From a virus, in the UHGV virus genome UHGV-0225074: a stretch of DNA of 64,000 nt; one strand, 5' to 3'. A program made the translations under genes and the position numbers. Below, one piece after another: positions 18,216-26,425 of this stretch; within the stretch, counting starts at the first letter, position 1, and each line of letters begins with the position of its first letter. Below the pieces are notes generated by a model. The model made no database searches. It was not told the DNA's origin and saw only the letters and a program-made list of their open reading frames with translations.

Positions 18216-18575
18216 ATGACTATCATCAATCTGAATTCTACTGTTAAAGGTAAAGATTTTGGCGGCGTAGTAGATCATGATCCGATGTGGTCACTTTCAG
18301 TTTTCAAAGGCGATTTAATCGACGTCGTTACCCTGGACGGCCCGAGCGACGATTACAAATGTGAAATTCGTCTCACTAACTGGTACACTAACAAAACTTA
18401 TGCTCTTGATCGTGTGATTATCGGTAGAATTGAATCACTGACAGACGAAGAGACCGGACAAGATTTTGATTATTATATCAATAGCTCTGATCGCGCTGAT
18501 CGCCTCCTGCAAAAGATTAAAGAAAAAGGCGTTATTGATTTAGCTCTTTGGGTAGACGTTACAGAAAGCAATTAA
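18216..18575 (+). CDS. hypothetical acidic protein (119 aa)
   Basis: GAGGTAAA RBS. Confidence 0.5.
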   Translation: MTIINLNSTVKGKDFGGVVDHDPMWSLSVFKGDLIDVVTLDGPSDDYKCEIRLTNWYTNKTYALDRVIIGRIESLTDEETGQDFDYYINSSDRADRLLQKIKEKGVIDLALWVDVTESN

Positions 18576-18651
18576 GTTAACAGATTAAAAGGCGTTTAGA
18601 TGAGCGCCTTTTGATAAGTTATCACCAACAATCAAAAGAGGTAAAAAAACA

Positions 18652-18966
18652 ATGACCAAATTAAAATTTTTCGAAATGCTGGATCGTTGTCTCGCAAGTC
18701 ATAACTCTTGGTCAAAATTGACTGGCGACGGTGAAAAATATAACGTAGCTCAATTAAAACCTTATGTTTTTCATGAAGATCCGGCAAAACTTGCGGCATA
18801 TCGGGAACAAGATCCAGATTATGCCTGGACTTCTCATGCTTCAGGGTTTACCCTTGCTGATTGTTGGCATATTGAAGCAATGCAACATAAAACCGCCGAG
18901 GCGGCAGAAAAGCAAGCCAAGATTTTTACCCGCTGGATCGCTGAATATAAAGAGCTTAACAAATAA
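18652..18966 (+). CDS. hypothetical protein (104 aa)
   Basis: AGAGGTAAAAAAACA RBS. Confidence 0.5.
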   Translation: MTKLKFFEMLDRCLASHNSWSKLTGDGEKYNVAQLKPYVFHEDPAKLAAYREQDPDYAWTSHASGFTLADCWHIEAMQHKTAEAAEKQAKIFTRWIAEYKELNK

Positions 18967-19014
18967 TTAAACCGGGGCGCTAGCCGCCCCGCTATCCTTT
19001 GAGGTAAAGCAATT

Positions 19015-19245
19015 ATGATTAATATTAGTGTTGACAAGTTAGCCGAAATCATCCAGAAAGCAGGCGATGAAAAATACGGCGTAAATGATTGTTATTTCAT
19101 CGGGCAGTATGAGGACGGTCGCTATTATGGCGTGTTGTCTAACAAGGTGAAAAGCCGTAGCAGTGCCGCACAATTGCGCCGCCCGGATTTTTTCGAACAA
19201 AAAGGCCTGAAAGTAATCAAAGTAATGAAACGCAAAAAAGGCTAA
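19015..19245 (+). CDS. hypothetical protein (76 aa)
   Basis: TGAGGTAAAGCAATT RBS. Confidence 0.45.
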   Translation: MINISVDKLAEIIQKAGDEKYGVNDCYFIGQYEDGRYYGVLSNKVKSRSSAAQLRRPDFFEQKGLKVIKVMKRKKG

Positions 19246-19457
19246 TGATTATGAAAACTGTAAAAGCAAAAGATTTAAAAAGCGGAATGATCATCGAATT
19301 ACCGGACATCGCCCCAGGCTTTAAGCCGGGTAGCGTCCTCATCACACAAATAGAAATCGAAGCGCCTCACATTGTGGAAGTATCTTTCTATTACAAAACT
19401 CGCTATATGGCTGATCTTTATCACCCTGAGGCGGAATTTAAATTAATCAGTGAATGA
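19245..19457 (+). CDS. hypothetical protein (70 aa)
   Basis: ATGA-type coupling (ATGATTATGAAA). Confidence 0.4.
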   Translation: MIMKTVKAKDLKSGMIIELPDIAPGFKPGSVLITQIEIEAPHIVEVSFYYKTRYMADLYHPEAEFKLISE

Positions 19458-19467
19458 GGTAAAAGCT

Positions 19468-19788
19468 ATGTTTCTGTTTAATCAATTCGACACGCCAGAA
19501 AAAGCCCTTGATTATTTGTTGACAAAAGGCGAAAACTCATATCGTGGTAGTGCTCATGTGTGGCTAGTTTATCGCCAACTTGGATCGAGCATGAAAGCAA
19601 CGGGCGCACACCCTATCACGCGCCGTGATCTGGAAAACAGGATCTATAAAGTTGCATTCTGTAATGATTCCGTGTCTATAGAGTTTTTAGATTGTATCTT
19701 TATCAATCACATAACAGGCCGATCATTTCCTGATCCAGTACGTTGCCAGGTTGTCAGATATCCATCTAATGAGGTTGTAACATGTTAA
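19468..19788 (+). CDS. hypothetical protein (106 aa, start at MFLFNQFDTPEK)
   Basis: The GAGGTAAAAGCT RBS sits inside the longer ORF 19450..19788, so the ATG at 19468 is preferred. Confidence 0.4.
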   Translation: MFLFNQFDTPEKALDYLLTKGENSYRGSAHVWLVYRQLGSSMKATGAHPITRRDLENRIYKVAFCNDSVSIEFLDCIFINHITGRSFPDPVRCQVVRYPSNEVVTC

Positions 19789-20015
19789 AAATTGATGACG
19801 CGATAACATACGCCACGGATCACGGTTGCAAAGTATCAGATGATTTTATTCGTAAGGGTACAAGACTTAAAGCATTCTATGTTATGGATGGAATAATCCA
19901 GGTTATGATCACTCAGTGCCATAAAGGGGCGCGGCGCTATCGTGTGAACGGCGAAGAGTACAGCCGAGCGCAAGCAATAATTTCCGCTGTAAACTATCTA
20001 AAACAATATGGTTAG
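19782..20015 (+). CDS. hypothetical protein (77 aa); last gene of the plus-strand block
   Basis: Overlaps the upstream gene by 7 nt; followed by a strong terminator. Confidence 0.45.
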   Translation: MLKIDDAITYATDHGCKVSDDFIRKGTRLKAFYVMDGIIQVMITQCHKGARRYRVNGEEYSRAQAIISAVNYLKQYG

Positions 20016-20040
20016 CCAGTCATAAGACAACCACACAAAG

Positions 20041-20068
20041 GCCAGGTTTTTACCTGGCTTTTCTCTTT
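20041..20068 (+). terminator. intrinsic terminator GCCAGGT-TTTT-ACCTGGC followed by TTTTCTCTTT
   Basis: Perfect 7-bp stem followed by a T-run; closes the plus-strand block. Confidence 0.7.
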
Positions 20069-20407
20069 GCAGATCCACACCATAAACAACCCACACCACG
20101 GCCCCACCGCTATGCAAAAAAGTGCATAATTGAGATCTAACACAAGACATACCATGATGAGGGTAACCGATAACCACGCTCAAAACGCTTTATATTGCGT
20201 TTAATTGTGTGTCGGTCCTGGCTTTTCACCCCACAACCCCACCTAATTAATAACGCATGTTATTAACTGAATAAATCATGCATTTCTATGCACTGGAAGT
20301 GAATATGAGCATAAATCAATATAATGATAACTTTTCTCATCTAACCTATTGTGTGAACTGGTTTTATTGAGCATAAAAATAAAATCTTGTCAAATAAAAA
20401 TCGTTCG

Positions 20408-20642
20408 CGTAATCGTGGGGAGTGGCGCGAGCGTAGCGAGCGACACAATAACACGGGAGTAACTCAAATGATAATCCTTATCATTTTCGTTCGCGTTATC
20501 GTGGCTCGTAGACGCTACGATTAAAAGCGAAATAGTAACATAATTTATCATTACATCCGTAATGATTAGCAAGATCATTTTATCACATCGCCACGATAAC
20601 ACCGATCACGCTCTGCGTGATCGCTCCCGTGTTATTGTGTCG
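20408..20642. repeat. pair of 19-bp perfect inverted repeats (CGACACAATAACACGGGAG / CTCCCGTGTTATTGTGTCG) with nested shorter inverted repeats (CGCGTAATCGTGG / CCACGATAACGCG-like)
   Basis: Read directly; arms at about 20442-20460 and 20622-20640, about 160 bp apart, in an AT-rich ORF-free region. Confidence 0.55.
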
Positions 20643-21780
20643 GTATGTGATGGTAACACATGGTTATTATATGCGATCAAATCGCATTAAATCGTGTTTA
20701 ATGGTTGACAAACCATTAAAATGATGATCGTATCTTATGAGAAAAGGCTTGTTTTTGAGCATGATTTTATCTGAAGTGTCAAGTGTTTTTGTTATCGAAA
20801 ATTCCTATCAATGCCTTGCGTAGCAAGGCTTATGTGAGAATAGTTATCATTGCGGAAATGCTCAAAGTATGGCTGTGTGTTAAACACAATTCTCTCTCCT
20901 TGTCAAGCTTTTATTTATAAATTTACAAAATATTTATATTTGCGGAATGATTCTCATTTCGAAATTGAATTCGAAATCGAAATAATAATGATTCTCATTC
21001 GTCGTCTCATTCACAAAACAACCCTAAAACATGAATAATCACACATGAAACTATCACCACAGTAACAGTCACACCATGTAATGACCTGAAGCGGCTGGCC
21101 TATGCGTCACACTGGTAACATTGGGCATTATTAGCTTGCTATGTGTTGTTAGCTAGTGCGCATAACGTGTTTTATGTTAAATAGCGTAATTCATATAAAT
21201 ATAAGCTTGTCAATGACAAATCGTGCTCTAAGCTGGCAAACCATATGCTTGCTATCTGTAACATTTGATAATTATTAGTTTCGGCAAGTAACTATCATGC
21301 CTGAAGAGGCCCCGAGGGACCGGGGACCGGATCGACCTTGCCCATGATATTTTGTAAAGATCCGTAAAGATAGTTGACGCCCGGAGCTGTCCGTCTAGCA
21401 CCGCAGATGGTGAGAACACAATATTTTTACCCAAGGGCCAAGCCATGATATTTTTCGGCAAGTGATATTTTCGGCAGGGGGTCTGTTTTGATTTCTCCAC
21501 GGGGGGAAGGGGTGGTTATACGGGGAAAACAGGGGCCTGTTTACGCGATATGTTTATGGCATCGACACGTTACGGCAATATGTTTATGAAATTATGTTTT
21601 ATCAACATATCGGGGAGTCCCTTCAGATTGTGTGTTAACAGAATGTGCACCATTCCGAGCAGGGGTTGTGATTGTATCCTCCAGCTTCAGGAGACATGGC
21701 TCGTGTTGTGGCTTACATAAAGCATAACAGGGCTGACAGTTTACGTCAACCCTTTTTGTGTGGTAAGCCGCATAGCAGTC

Positions 21781-21900
21781 TCAACAATCGTCCTTCTTAG
21801 CCACTGGCCCAATAGATACGTACAACATCATCCCATAAGGGATAAGGATCAGGAACGCTGTAATCAGCATCCCCAGCAATAAGAAACCCACGTCGTCCAT
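21781..21900 (-). CDS. small hydrophobic peptide (39 aa, MDDVGFLLLGMLITAFLILIPYGMMLYVSIGPVAKKDDC)
   Basis: GAGGAGAATTTT RBS then ATG on the minus strand; single TM helix; below the ORF-track size cut-off. Confidence 0.3.
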   Translation of the reverse strand: MDDVGFLLLGMLITAFLILIPYGMMLYVSIGPVAKKDDC

Positions 21901-21980
21901 AAAATTCTCCTCGTGTAATTGATAGAGGAAGTATAATAGACGAGCCTGTTTACGTCAAGGTAAATTGATGCGCCACTTTA

Positions 21981-22010
21981 GATAAAAGAAAAGGAGCCTC
22001 TTCAGGCTCC
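21981..22010 (-). terminator. intrinsic terminator on the minus strand (GGAGCCT-GAAG-AGGCTCC followed by TTTTCTTTTATC)
   Basis: Perfect 7-bp stem overlapping the stop codon of gene 22002..22505, followed by a T-run on the minus strand. Confidence 0.65.
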
Positions 22011-22505
22011 CTTATTGTGTGCTTGTTGTGTGGTGAAACCACCTCGAATTTTCATAACCCCAGTTCTGCTGTACGCCTCTTTTGTGATCCATTCTTCCTT
22101 ACTGGTGTCGTACATATCCAAAATCCTGACGGCCTCTCCTTCTTCTTCACGAACATAGCCTTCCCAAAGGTCCATAGCTACACTGGCAGGAGACCTGTAT
22201 ACATTTAAGATTGTTGTCCAAAAGCTGGGGGATGTTGTGTCCCTGTATTGTTTCAAAATGATCACTGCTTCATGCTTATGCTCTTTGAACCATGTAGCCA
22301 TAATCTCTGCTAAATGAAATACATCTCCTCCGGTGTATTTGATACAGATATCGTGCAAATTACCTGGTAGAATAAAGACCTCGCAACCCTCTCTTTGCGC
22401 GTTCTCAGACCCCTCCGCTATCTTCTTGCAGTAGGCCTTGAGTCCGTCAATATCTTCGATCCACGGAAAGTGTTTAAGTTTTTTCAATTTTGGTGTTTTA
22501 TACAT
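22002..22505 (-). CDS. hypothetical protein (167 aa)
   Basis: Last gene of the minus-strand block. Confidence 0.5.
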   Translation of the reverse strand: MYKTPKLKKLKHFPWIEDIDGLKAYCKKIAEGSENAQREGCEVFILPGNLHDICIKYTGGDVFHLAEIMATWFKEHKHEAVIILKQYRDTTSPSFWTTILNVYRSPASVAMDLWEGYVREEEGEAVRILDMYDTSKEEWITKEAYSRTGVMKIRGGFTTQQAHNKGA

Positions 22506-22513
22506 TCTGTCTC

Positions 22514-22798
22514 CTACAGTCTCATCCAGGTCTGGTAGTCTGCTTCTGTGTAGTGGTCATCCCTTGCAACCTTTTGTGGTGGGGCAGGGTTCTTTGCAGC
22601 AGCTTCCATAATGCCTCGTGGGTCCGGATCTTCAATCAGGCCCTTGTGTTCGTCACAGGCGTAATGTTTGTACCAGTCACGTAGTCCCCACGGCGGTTGG
22701 TATTTCGTCATAAATGTGCAGCGCCTGCGGATGCCGATGGCTTTGCAGAATTTGCAGTAGGTTATAGGTTTGCACTTCTTCAGCGGGATATGTTTCAT
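22514..22798 (-). CDS. hypothetical cysteine-rich protein (94 aa)
   Basis: TAATG overlap with the upstream gene; Cys pairs CKPITYCKFC and CTF...CDEH. Confidence 0.45.
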   Translation of the reverse strand: MKHIPLKKCKPITYCKFCKAIGIRRRCTFMTKYQPPWGLRDWYKHYACDEHKGLIEDPDPRGIMEAAAKNPAPPQKVARDDHYTEADYQTWMRL

Positions 22799-23001
22799 TA
22801 ATAATAATCCTCAGGTCCACCCATATACCAGGAGTCTGGTGCATCACCCAGATCAGCCTCTCCCCAGTCACGGCTCTTTTTGCCTTTGGTCTGTTCCTTT
22901 CCAAAAAGAGCAGTCCCGTCAAGAAGGTGGCCCATAGCTTTCTCGCCCTTTTTGACGATCCTCCCACGGGCGTTCCATTCCTCAAATGTTCTGTAGGCCA
23001 T
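22798..23001 (-). CDS. hypothetical protein (about 67 aa, start at MAYRTFEEW)
   Basis: ORF 22798..23019; GGAG RBS 7 nt before the ATG at 23001. Confidence 0.35.
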   Translation of the reverse strand: MAYRTFEEWNARGRIVKKGEKAMGHLLDGTALFGKEQTKGKKSRDWGEADLGDAPDSWYMGGPEDYY

Positions 23002-23404
23002 AGAAGCACTCCGGGTCATAGATTACGATCTGGCTACGGAGGCTCTCAACCATCTCTTTGTTTGTGGCACTCTCGTAGTATTCTTCAAAAATATCTTCCA
23101 ATATGTCCTCATGTTCCTCATCCATCAGGAAAAGGTAGACATTATCTTCAGACCGAAGACGGGAGATGGCATAACGAAGGTTGTGTTTACCAAAATTTGC
23201 ACCCGGTTCAACAATGATGCCACCAACCTGGTAGCCGCAGATCCTGTTCCTGAGGTCCTCGCCGTCGTGATGGAAGTGTAGACTTTTCAGCGGGGTAAGC
23301 TCAAGGCATTCTTTAATGCTTTTTGAACCCTTTTTGTAAATAACCAACAAAGGTCCCCTCCTGTTTGCAATAATCCACTCATTTAAAACATGATAATTTG
23401 TCAT
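22982..23404 (-). CDS. hypothetical protein (about 141 aa, start at MTNYHVLNEW)
   Basis: ORF 22982..23542 trimmed to an internal Met to limit its overlap with 23379..23621. Confidence 0.4.
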   Translation of the reverse strand: MTNYHVLNEWIIANRRGPLLVIYKKGSKSIKECLELTPLKSLHFHHDGEDLRNRICGYQVGGIIVEPGANFGKHNLRYAISRLRSEDNVYLFLMDEEHEDILEDIFEEYYESATNKEMVESLRSQIVIYDPECFYGLQNI

Positions 23405-23621
23405 CGCAATTCTCCCCAAGAATAAACTCGATAGCGGCATTCCATCCCAGGCAATAAGCATCTGTTCCCCGGAGGATACTCCCCTTGTCATTGATTTCGT
23501 GCTTCTTAAGCATACAGTCTGTCCAACCTTTAAGTGCCTCATCTTTTGTACCGTAAACAGAACGGTTAAGATTTTGCCACCAGAAGTGGAATACTTTTGT
23601 GTAGGTGTTGAGGGTATTCAT
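23379..23621 (-). CDS. hypothetical protein (80 aa)
   Basis: Part of the co-oriented ATGA-coupled chain. Confidence 0.4.
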   Translation of the reverse strand: MNTLNTYTKVFHFWWQNLNRSVYGTKDEALKGWTDCMLKKHEINDKGSILRGTDAYCLGWNAAIEFILGENCDDKLSCFK

Positions 23622-23854
23622 TTCATAACCTTCGGGTTCTCAGTGTAAAATTTTCTGACTTCCTGCAGTTTCGCGATGAACTCATCAAGGTCATCAAGTT
23701 CGATCATGATGGTATCGTCATCATCACCGTTTGCGTGTAATGGTTGAGTCAGAGTTATTCCGCGAAGACGAGGGTATTTTGCGCCTGTCGCACAGATGGT
23801 TATATCCCCAACCATGCCCTCTAGTGCGGGGATTGGGTCATCAGTTAGCTTCAT
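23618..23854 (-). CDS. hypothetical acidic protein (78 aa)
   Basis: ATGA coupling on both sides. Confidence 0.4.
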   Translation of the reverse strand: MKLTDDPIPALEGMVGDITICATGAKYPRLRGITLTQPLHANGDDDDTIMIELDDLDEFIAKLQEVRKFYTENPKVMK

Positions 23855-24087
23855 ACTGTGTACTCCACAAAAACTTCAGTTGGCCTTACCTTTTTGGTGG
23901 AATAAAACATCTCTATTACCCCTGTGTTCAGGTTTAATGCTGGAATTTTAGGGTCTGGGCGATCCATGCCCCATGAAGGACAATCCGCTCTGATAAATAA
24001 ACACTTGTCGTGTAGGAACCCCTCACCAGGACGAATCTCCCACACCTCAACATCCTCTTTAATCCTTTCTTTTATCTTTACCTTCAT
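23851..24087 (-). CDS. hypothetical protein (78 aa)
   Basis: ATGA coupling. Confidence 0.4.
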   Translation of the reverse strand: MKVKIKERIKEDVEVWEIRPGEGFLHDKCLFIRADCPSWGMDRPDPKIPALNLNTGVIEMFYSTKKVRPTEVFVEYTV

Positions 24088-24305
24088 TTCATAACTCCCG
24101 GAGTTGGTATTAATTTAGAAACATCCTTTCCGCAGCTATCGCAAACAAACCTTTTCCCACCAGATACGATCTTATTATCGGATTGCCCATATGGTAAACC
24201 CGTGAAGTCTACACTAAGAGTATATCTCTCTGTGATAACAGTGCTGGCAGAGTAGCCTCCACAGTGTGGGCAGGTTTCTGTTCCCATCTTATCAATATCT
24301 TTCAT
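24084..24305 (-). CDS. zinc-ribbon protein (CPHCGG...CDSCG)
   Basis: Two CxxC pairs; start trimmed to MKDIDKMGTETCPHCGG. Confidence 0.4.
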   Translation of the reverse strand: MKDIDKMGTETCPHCGGYSASTVITERYTLSVDFTGLPYGQSDNKIVSGGKRFVCDSCGKDVSKLIPTPGVMK

Positions 24306-24639
24306 TTGAGCACTCACACCAAGGAAAGACTTCTTTGAGTTTTGAAGCAATAACCCGCTCCATGTAGTCTGTGCAACGCCAGAAGTGCTTCACAATATCA
24401 GATCCCTCAAGGGAAGAGTTATCCTCTGCGTGGTAGACGAGCGAACTCCATAGAAGACTATTCATCCATTTGTCGTACAAGCTGATTGTGAGGAGTAAAT
24501 CTTTCGGGAATTTCTCCACAACCTCGTCATCATCTGTTGCCACAAGATACCAGTTACGACCATCCTTAGATACTCGAATAACCTCCGGCTTTTGGTATTC
24601 CCCATACACACGGATGTAGCGTACTTCGTTGAACGTCAT
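24292..24639 (-). CDS. hypothetical protein (115 aa)
   Basis: ATGA-coupled to the upstream small membrane ORF. Confidence 0.45.
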   Translation of the reverse strand: MTFNEVRYIRVYGEYQKPEVIRVSKDGRNWYLVATDDDEVVEKFPKDLLLTISLYDKWMNSLLWSSLVYHAEDNSSLEGSDIVKHFWRCTDYMERVIASKLKEVFPWCECSNERY

Positions 24640-24800
24640 GCAATGATCTCCCTAAAAAGGATTAACGAAAGTGTTCCAACAAAGAACCAGTTAAATACAG
24701 CAACCACTGCTGAATACTTGTTACCCTCCAACAAAGCCTTCTTACTGTGGGATACACCCACGAAGAAATTCAGCAACAACGCAAAAATAGTAAAAAACAT
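24636..24800 (-). CDS. small membrane protein (54 aa, MFFTIFALLLNFFVGVSHSKKALLEGNKYSAVVAVFNWFFVGTLSLILFREIIA)
   Basis: AGGAGAAAGAT RBS; two hydrophobic helices; read manually (below 60 aa). Confidence 0.35.
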   Translation of the reverse strand: MFFTIFALLLNFFVGVSHSKKALLEGNKYSAVVAVFNWFFVGTLSLILFREIIA

Positions 24801-24809
24801 ATCTTTCTC

Positions 24810-25088
24810 CTACCAAATAAGAACGTAATTGTACTTCAAGCATCTCTTCATACCATAAAGGTCGGCCTGAATACACATGATGACCAACTCACGATCGAAA
24901 GATGTCATGCCGTCTTCATGGCAACTCTTTACGTAGTTTTCGATCCAAACTTCATCTGTTAACAGCGCCTCTGTGGTAGCAATTTCTTGCTTTATCCATT
25001 CACACTCTTCAGGTGTTATTGGGGTCCCCATCCGTGCATCCGTAAAGATATTCATGGTGTCATCTCCAACCAGACATTGAACATCCAT
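24810..25088 (-). CDS. hypothetical protein (92 aa)
   Basis: Co-oriented ORF. Confidence 0.4.
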   Translation of the reverse strand: MDVQCLVGDDTMNIFTDARMGTPITPEECEWIKQEIATTEALLTDEVWIENYVKSCHEDGMTSFDRELVIMCIQADLYGMKRCLKYNYVLIW

Positions 25089-25232
25089 GCTGAAAGAAAT
25101 GCATGGGCAATCATCATGAGGCCAGGGAAAACAAACGGGTCTTCTTTTTTACGAAGCAGGAGTGTTAATCCCTGCAACCCACAGCAAACCGTGTTCAAAA
25201 TGAACAAGAAAAACGTAAATACTAAGACAAAC
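25052..25232 (-). CDS. small membrane protein (60 aa, start at MFVLVFTFFLFIL)
   Basis: ORF 25052..25285 trimmed to the Met immediately after the upstream stop. Confidence 0.35.
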
Positions 25233-25236
25233 ATAT

Positions 25237-25392
25237 CATTACTCCCAAAGACCAAAGTGATTAAGTACCGCGATGATGAGAACAATGGCTACGACTTTCA
25301 AGATAAAAGGCAGACATCCGAGGTTCTCATAAACACCGCTTCTTTCCGCATTGAAGTGATCGCGGACGATCGCCCTCATTATCCAGAAATTC
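25237..25392 (-). CDS. small membrane protein (51 aa, MNFWIMRAIVRDHFNAERSGVYENLGCLPFILKVVAIVLIIAVLNHFGLWE)
   Basis: AGGAGCT RBS then ATG; C-terminal TM helix; read manually. Confidence 0.3.
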
Positions 25393-25446
25393 ATAGCTCC
25401 TCCTCTTGATTAGATACCCTGAGGATATATTACTATCCATGAGGTG

Positions 25447-25689
25447 TCAAGGCTCTTTTCCAAAAAGAATACGATCATGACCAACAATAGCCTTCGTCTT
25501 TTCCTTCAGAGCGAACCGCTTTGTCCAGTCAGCCATGTCCTGAATGTACCAACAAGCCTCTGCCGCTGCACGAATATTCGCTACATATTCGAGTGCGCCC
25601 TGATACCCACGAGAAACACCCTCCGCCCACCGGATACCGCCCCTTTTTGCTTCCAGATGCCCTAATGCCTTCTTAACATTTTCCATCAT
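25447..25689 (-). CDS. hypothetical protein (80 aa, start at MMENVKKALG)
   Basis: CTGGAGG RBS before ATGATGG at 25689. Confidence 0.4.
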   Translation of the reverse strand: MMENVKKALGHLEAKRGGIRWAEGVSRGYQGALEYVANIRAAAEACWYIQDMADWTKRFALKEKTKAIVGHDRILFGKEP

Positions 25690-25987
25690 CAACCTCCAGG
25701 AGATATTTTTGCCGACGGCGCATACTAACATCATGGAGTTTACGACTGCCAAGGAGATTTGCAATCTTCCAAGATTTTACTTCAGAAAATTCCTTTTTTA
25801 CAACACCTTGAAGATGCCCGTTTATTTTTCTACGGGTCTCCACTGCACGTTTATAACCTTTAGTCTTGAACAGACTACACCAGGTCCCTCTGGTATTTGC
25901 ATCGATGCTGAAACTTCTCATCACTAACTGGAAGATACGCTGGCGGTGGCCCGTGCATGTCTCATCGAGGACATAATAATTTTTCAC
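25673..25987 (-). CDS. hypothetical basic protein (104 aa)
   Basis: Co-oriented; overlaps the downstream start by 17 nt. Confidence 0.4.
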   Translation of the reverse strand: MKNYYVLDETCTGHRQRIFQLVMRSFSIDANTRGTWCSLFKTKGYKRAVETRRKINGHLQGVVKKEFSEVKSWKIANLLGSRKLHDVSMRRRQKYLLEVDDGKC

Positions 25988-26078
25988 AAGAACTCCTTCA
26001 CAAAAAGATCGACGGCAAAATCCAGGCCCCGGCGTAGCGGGGGTACTGGATTTGGACGGCGCGGCGCTTCGCGCCCAT

Positions 26079-26236
26079 ATGTTAACGCCATTCCAGCTTC
26101 ACGCAACCGTAGCCTTCACCCTTGCATTTTACCATCTGCCGAAGGGCCTCGTCAAAGCTTTCTCCCTGCCAGAATACGTAATATTTATACTCACCCTCGT
26201 GGGCGTTTGTCCAGTATTGGACAGTAAAAGTGCTTC
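26079..26236 (-). CDS. small protein (52 aa, MGSTFTVQYWTNAHEGEYKYYVFWQGESFDEALRQMVKCKGEGYGCVKLEWR)
   Basis: GGAGACTAA RBS; a hairpin lies 3' of it; read manually. Confidence 0.3.
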
Positions 26237-26259
26237 CCATTTAGTCTCCTAATGATTTT

Positions 26260-26425
26260 CTAATAGCCGCCAAAAACGATCCAGGAAAAGGTTAGCCCAG
26301 AATGCGAATGCTATTCCAAACAACAACATCCCCAAGAATTCGCGAAATTCTGTTGTCAGTACCAAGCCAGTCCCCATGATAATGGTCATGATAACACATC
26401 CCAAGGTTTTCCAGATTTCAATCAT
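26260..26425 (-). CDS. small membrane protein (about 55 aa, MIEIWKTLGCVIMTIIMGTGLVLTTEF...)
   Basis: ATGA-coupled to the upstream gene at 26422-26425; the end coordinate is approximate (about 2 nt). Confidence 0.3.

Noticed and set aside
20390-21500. ORFs 19998..20183 (-), 20390..20602 (-), 20850..21038 (+) and 21252..21500 (-)
   Set aside because: They lie in the AT-rich inter-terminator region across inverted and tandem repeats. None has an RBS or plausible protein composition, so they are likely non-coding.
22677-23009. ORF 22677..23009 (-) 110 aa
   Set aside because: It overlaps two better-supported TAATG-coupled ORFs (22514-22798 and 22798-23001) in another frame, and its translation is low-complexity.
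26020-26045. Hairpin CCAGGCCCCG..CGGGGGTACTGG as a terminator
   Set aside because: The stem is imperfect and no adequate U-tract follows on either strand. It is noted only as a possible RNA structure after the 52-aa ORF.
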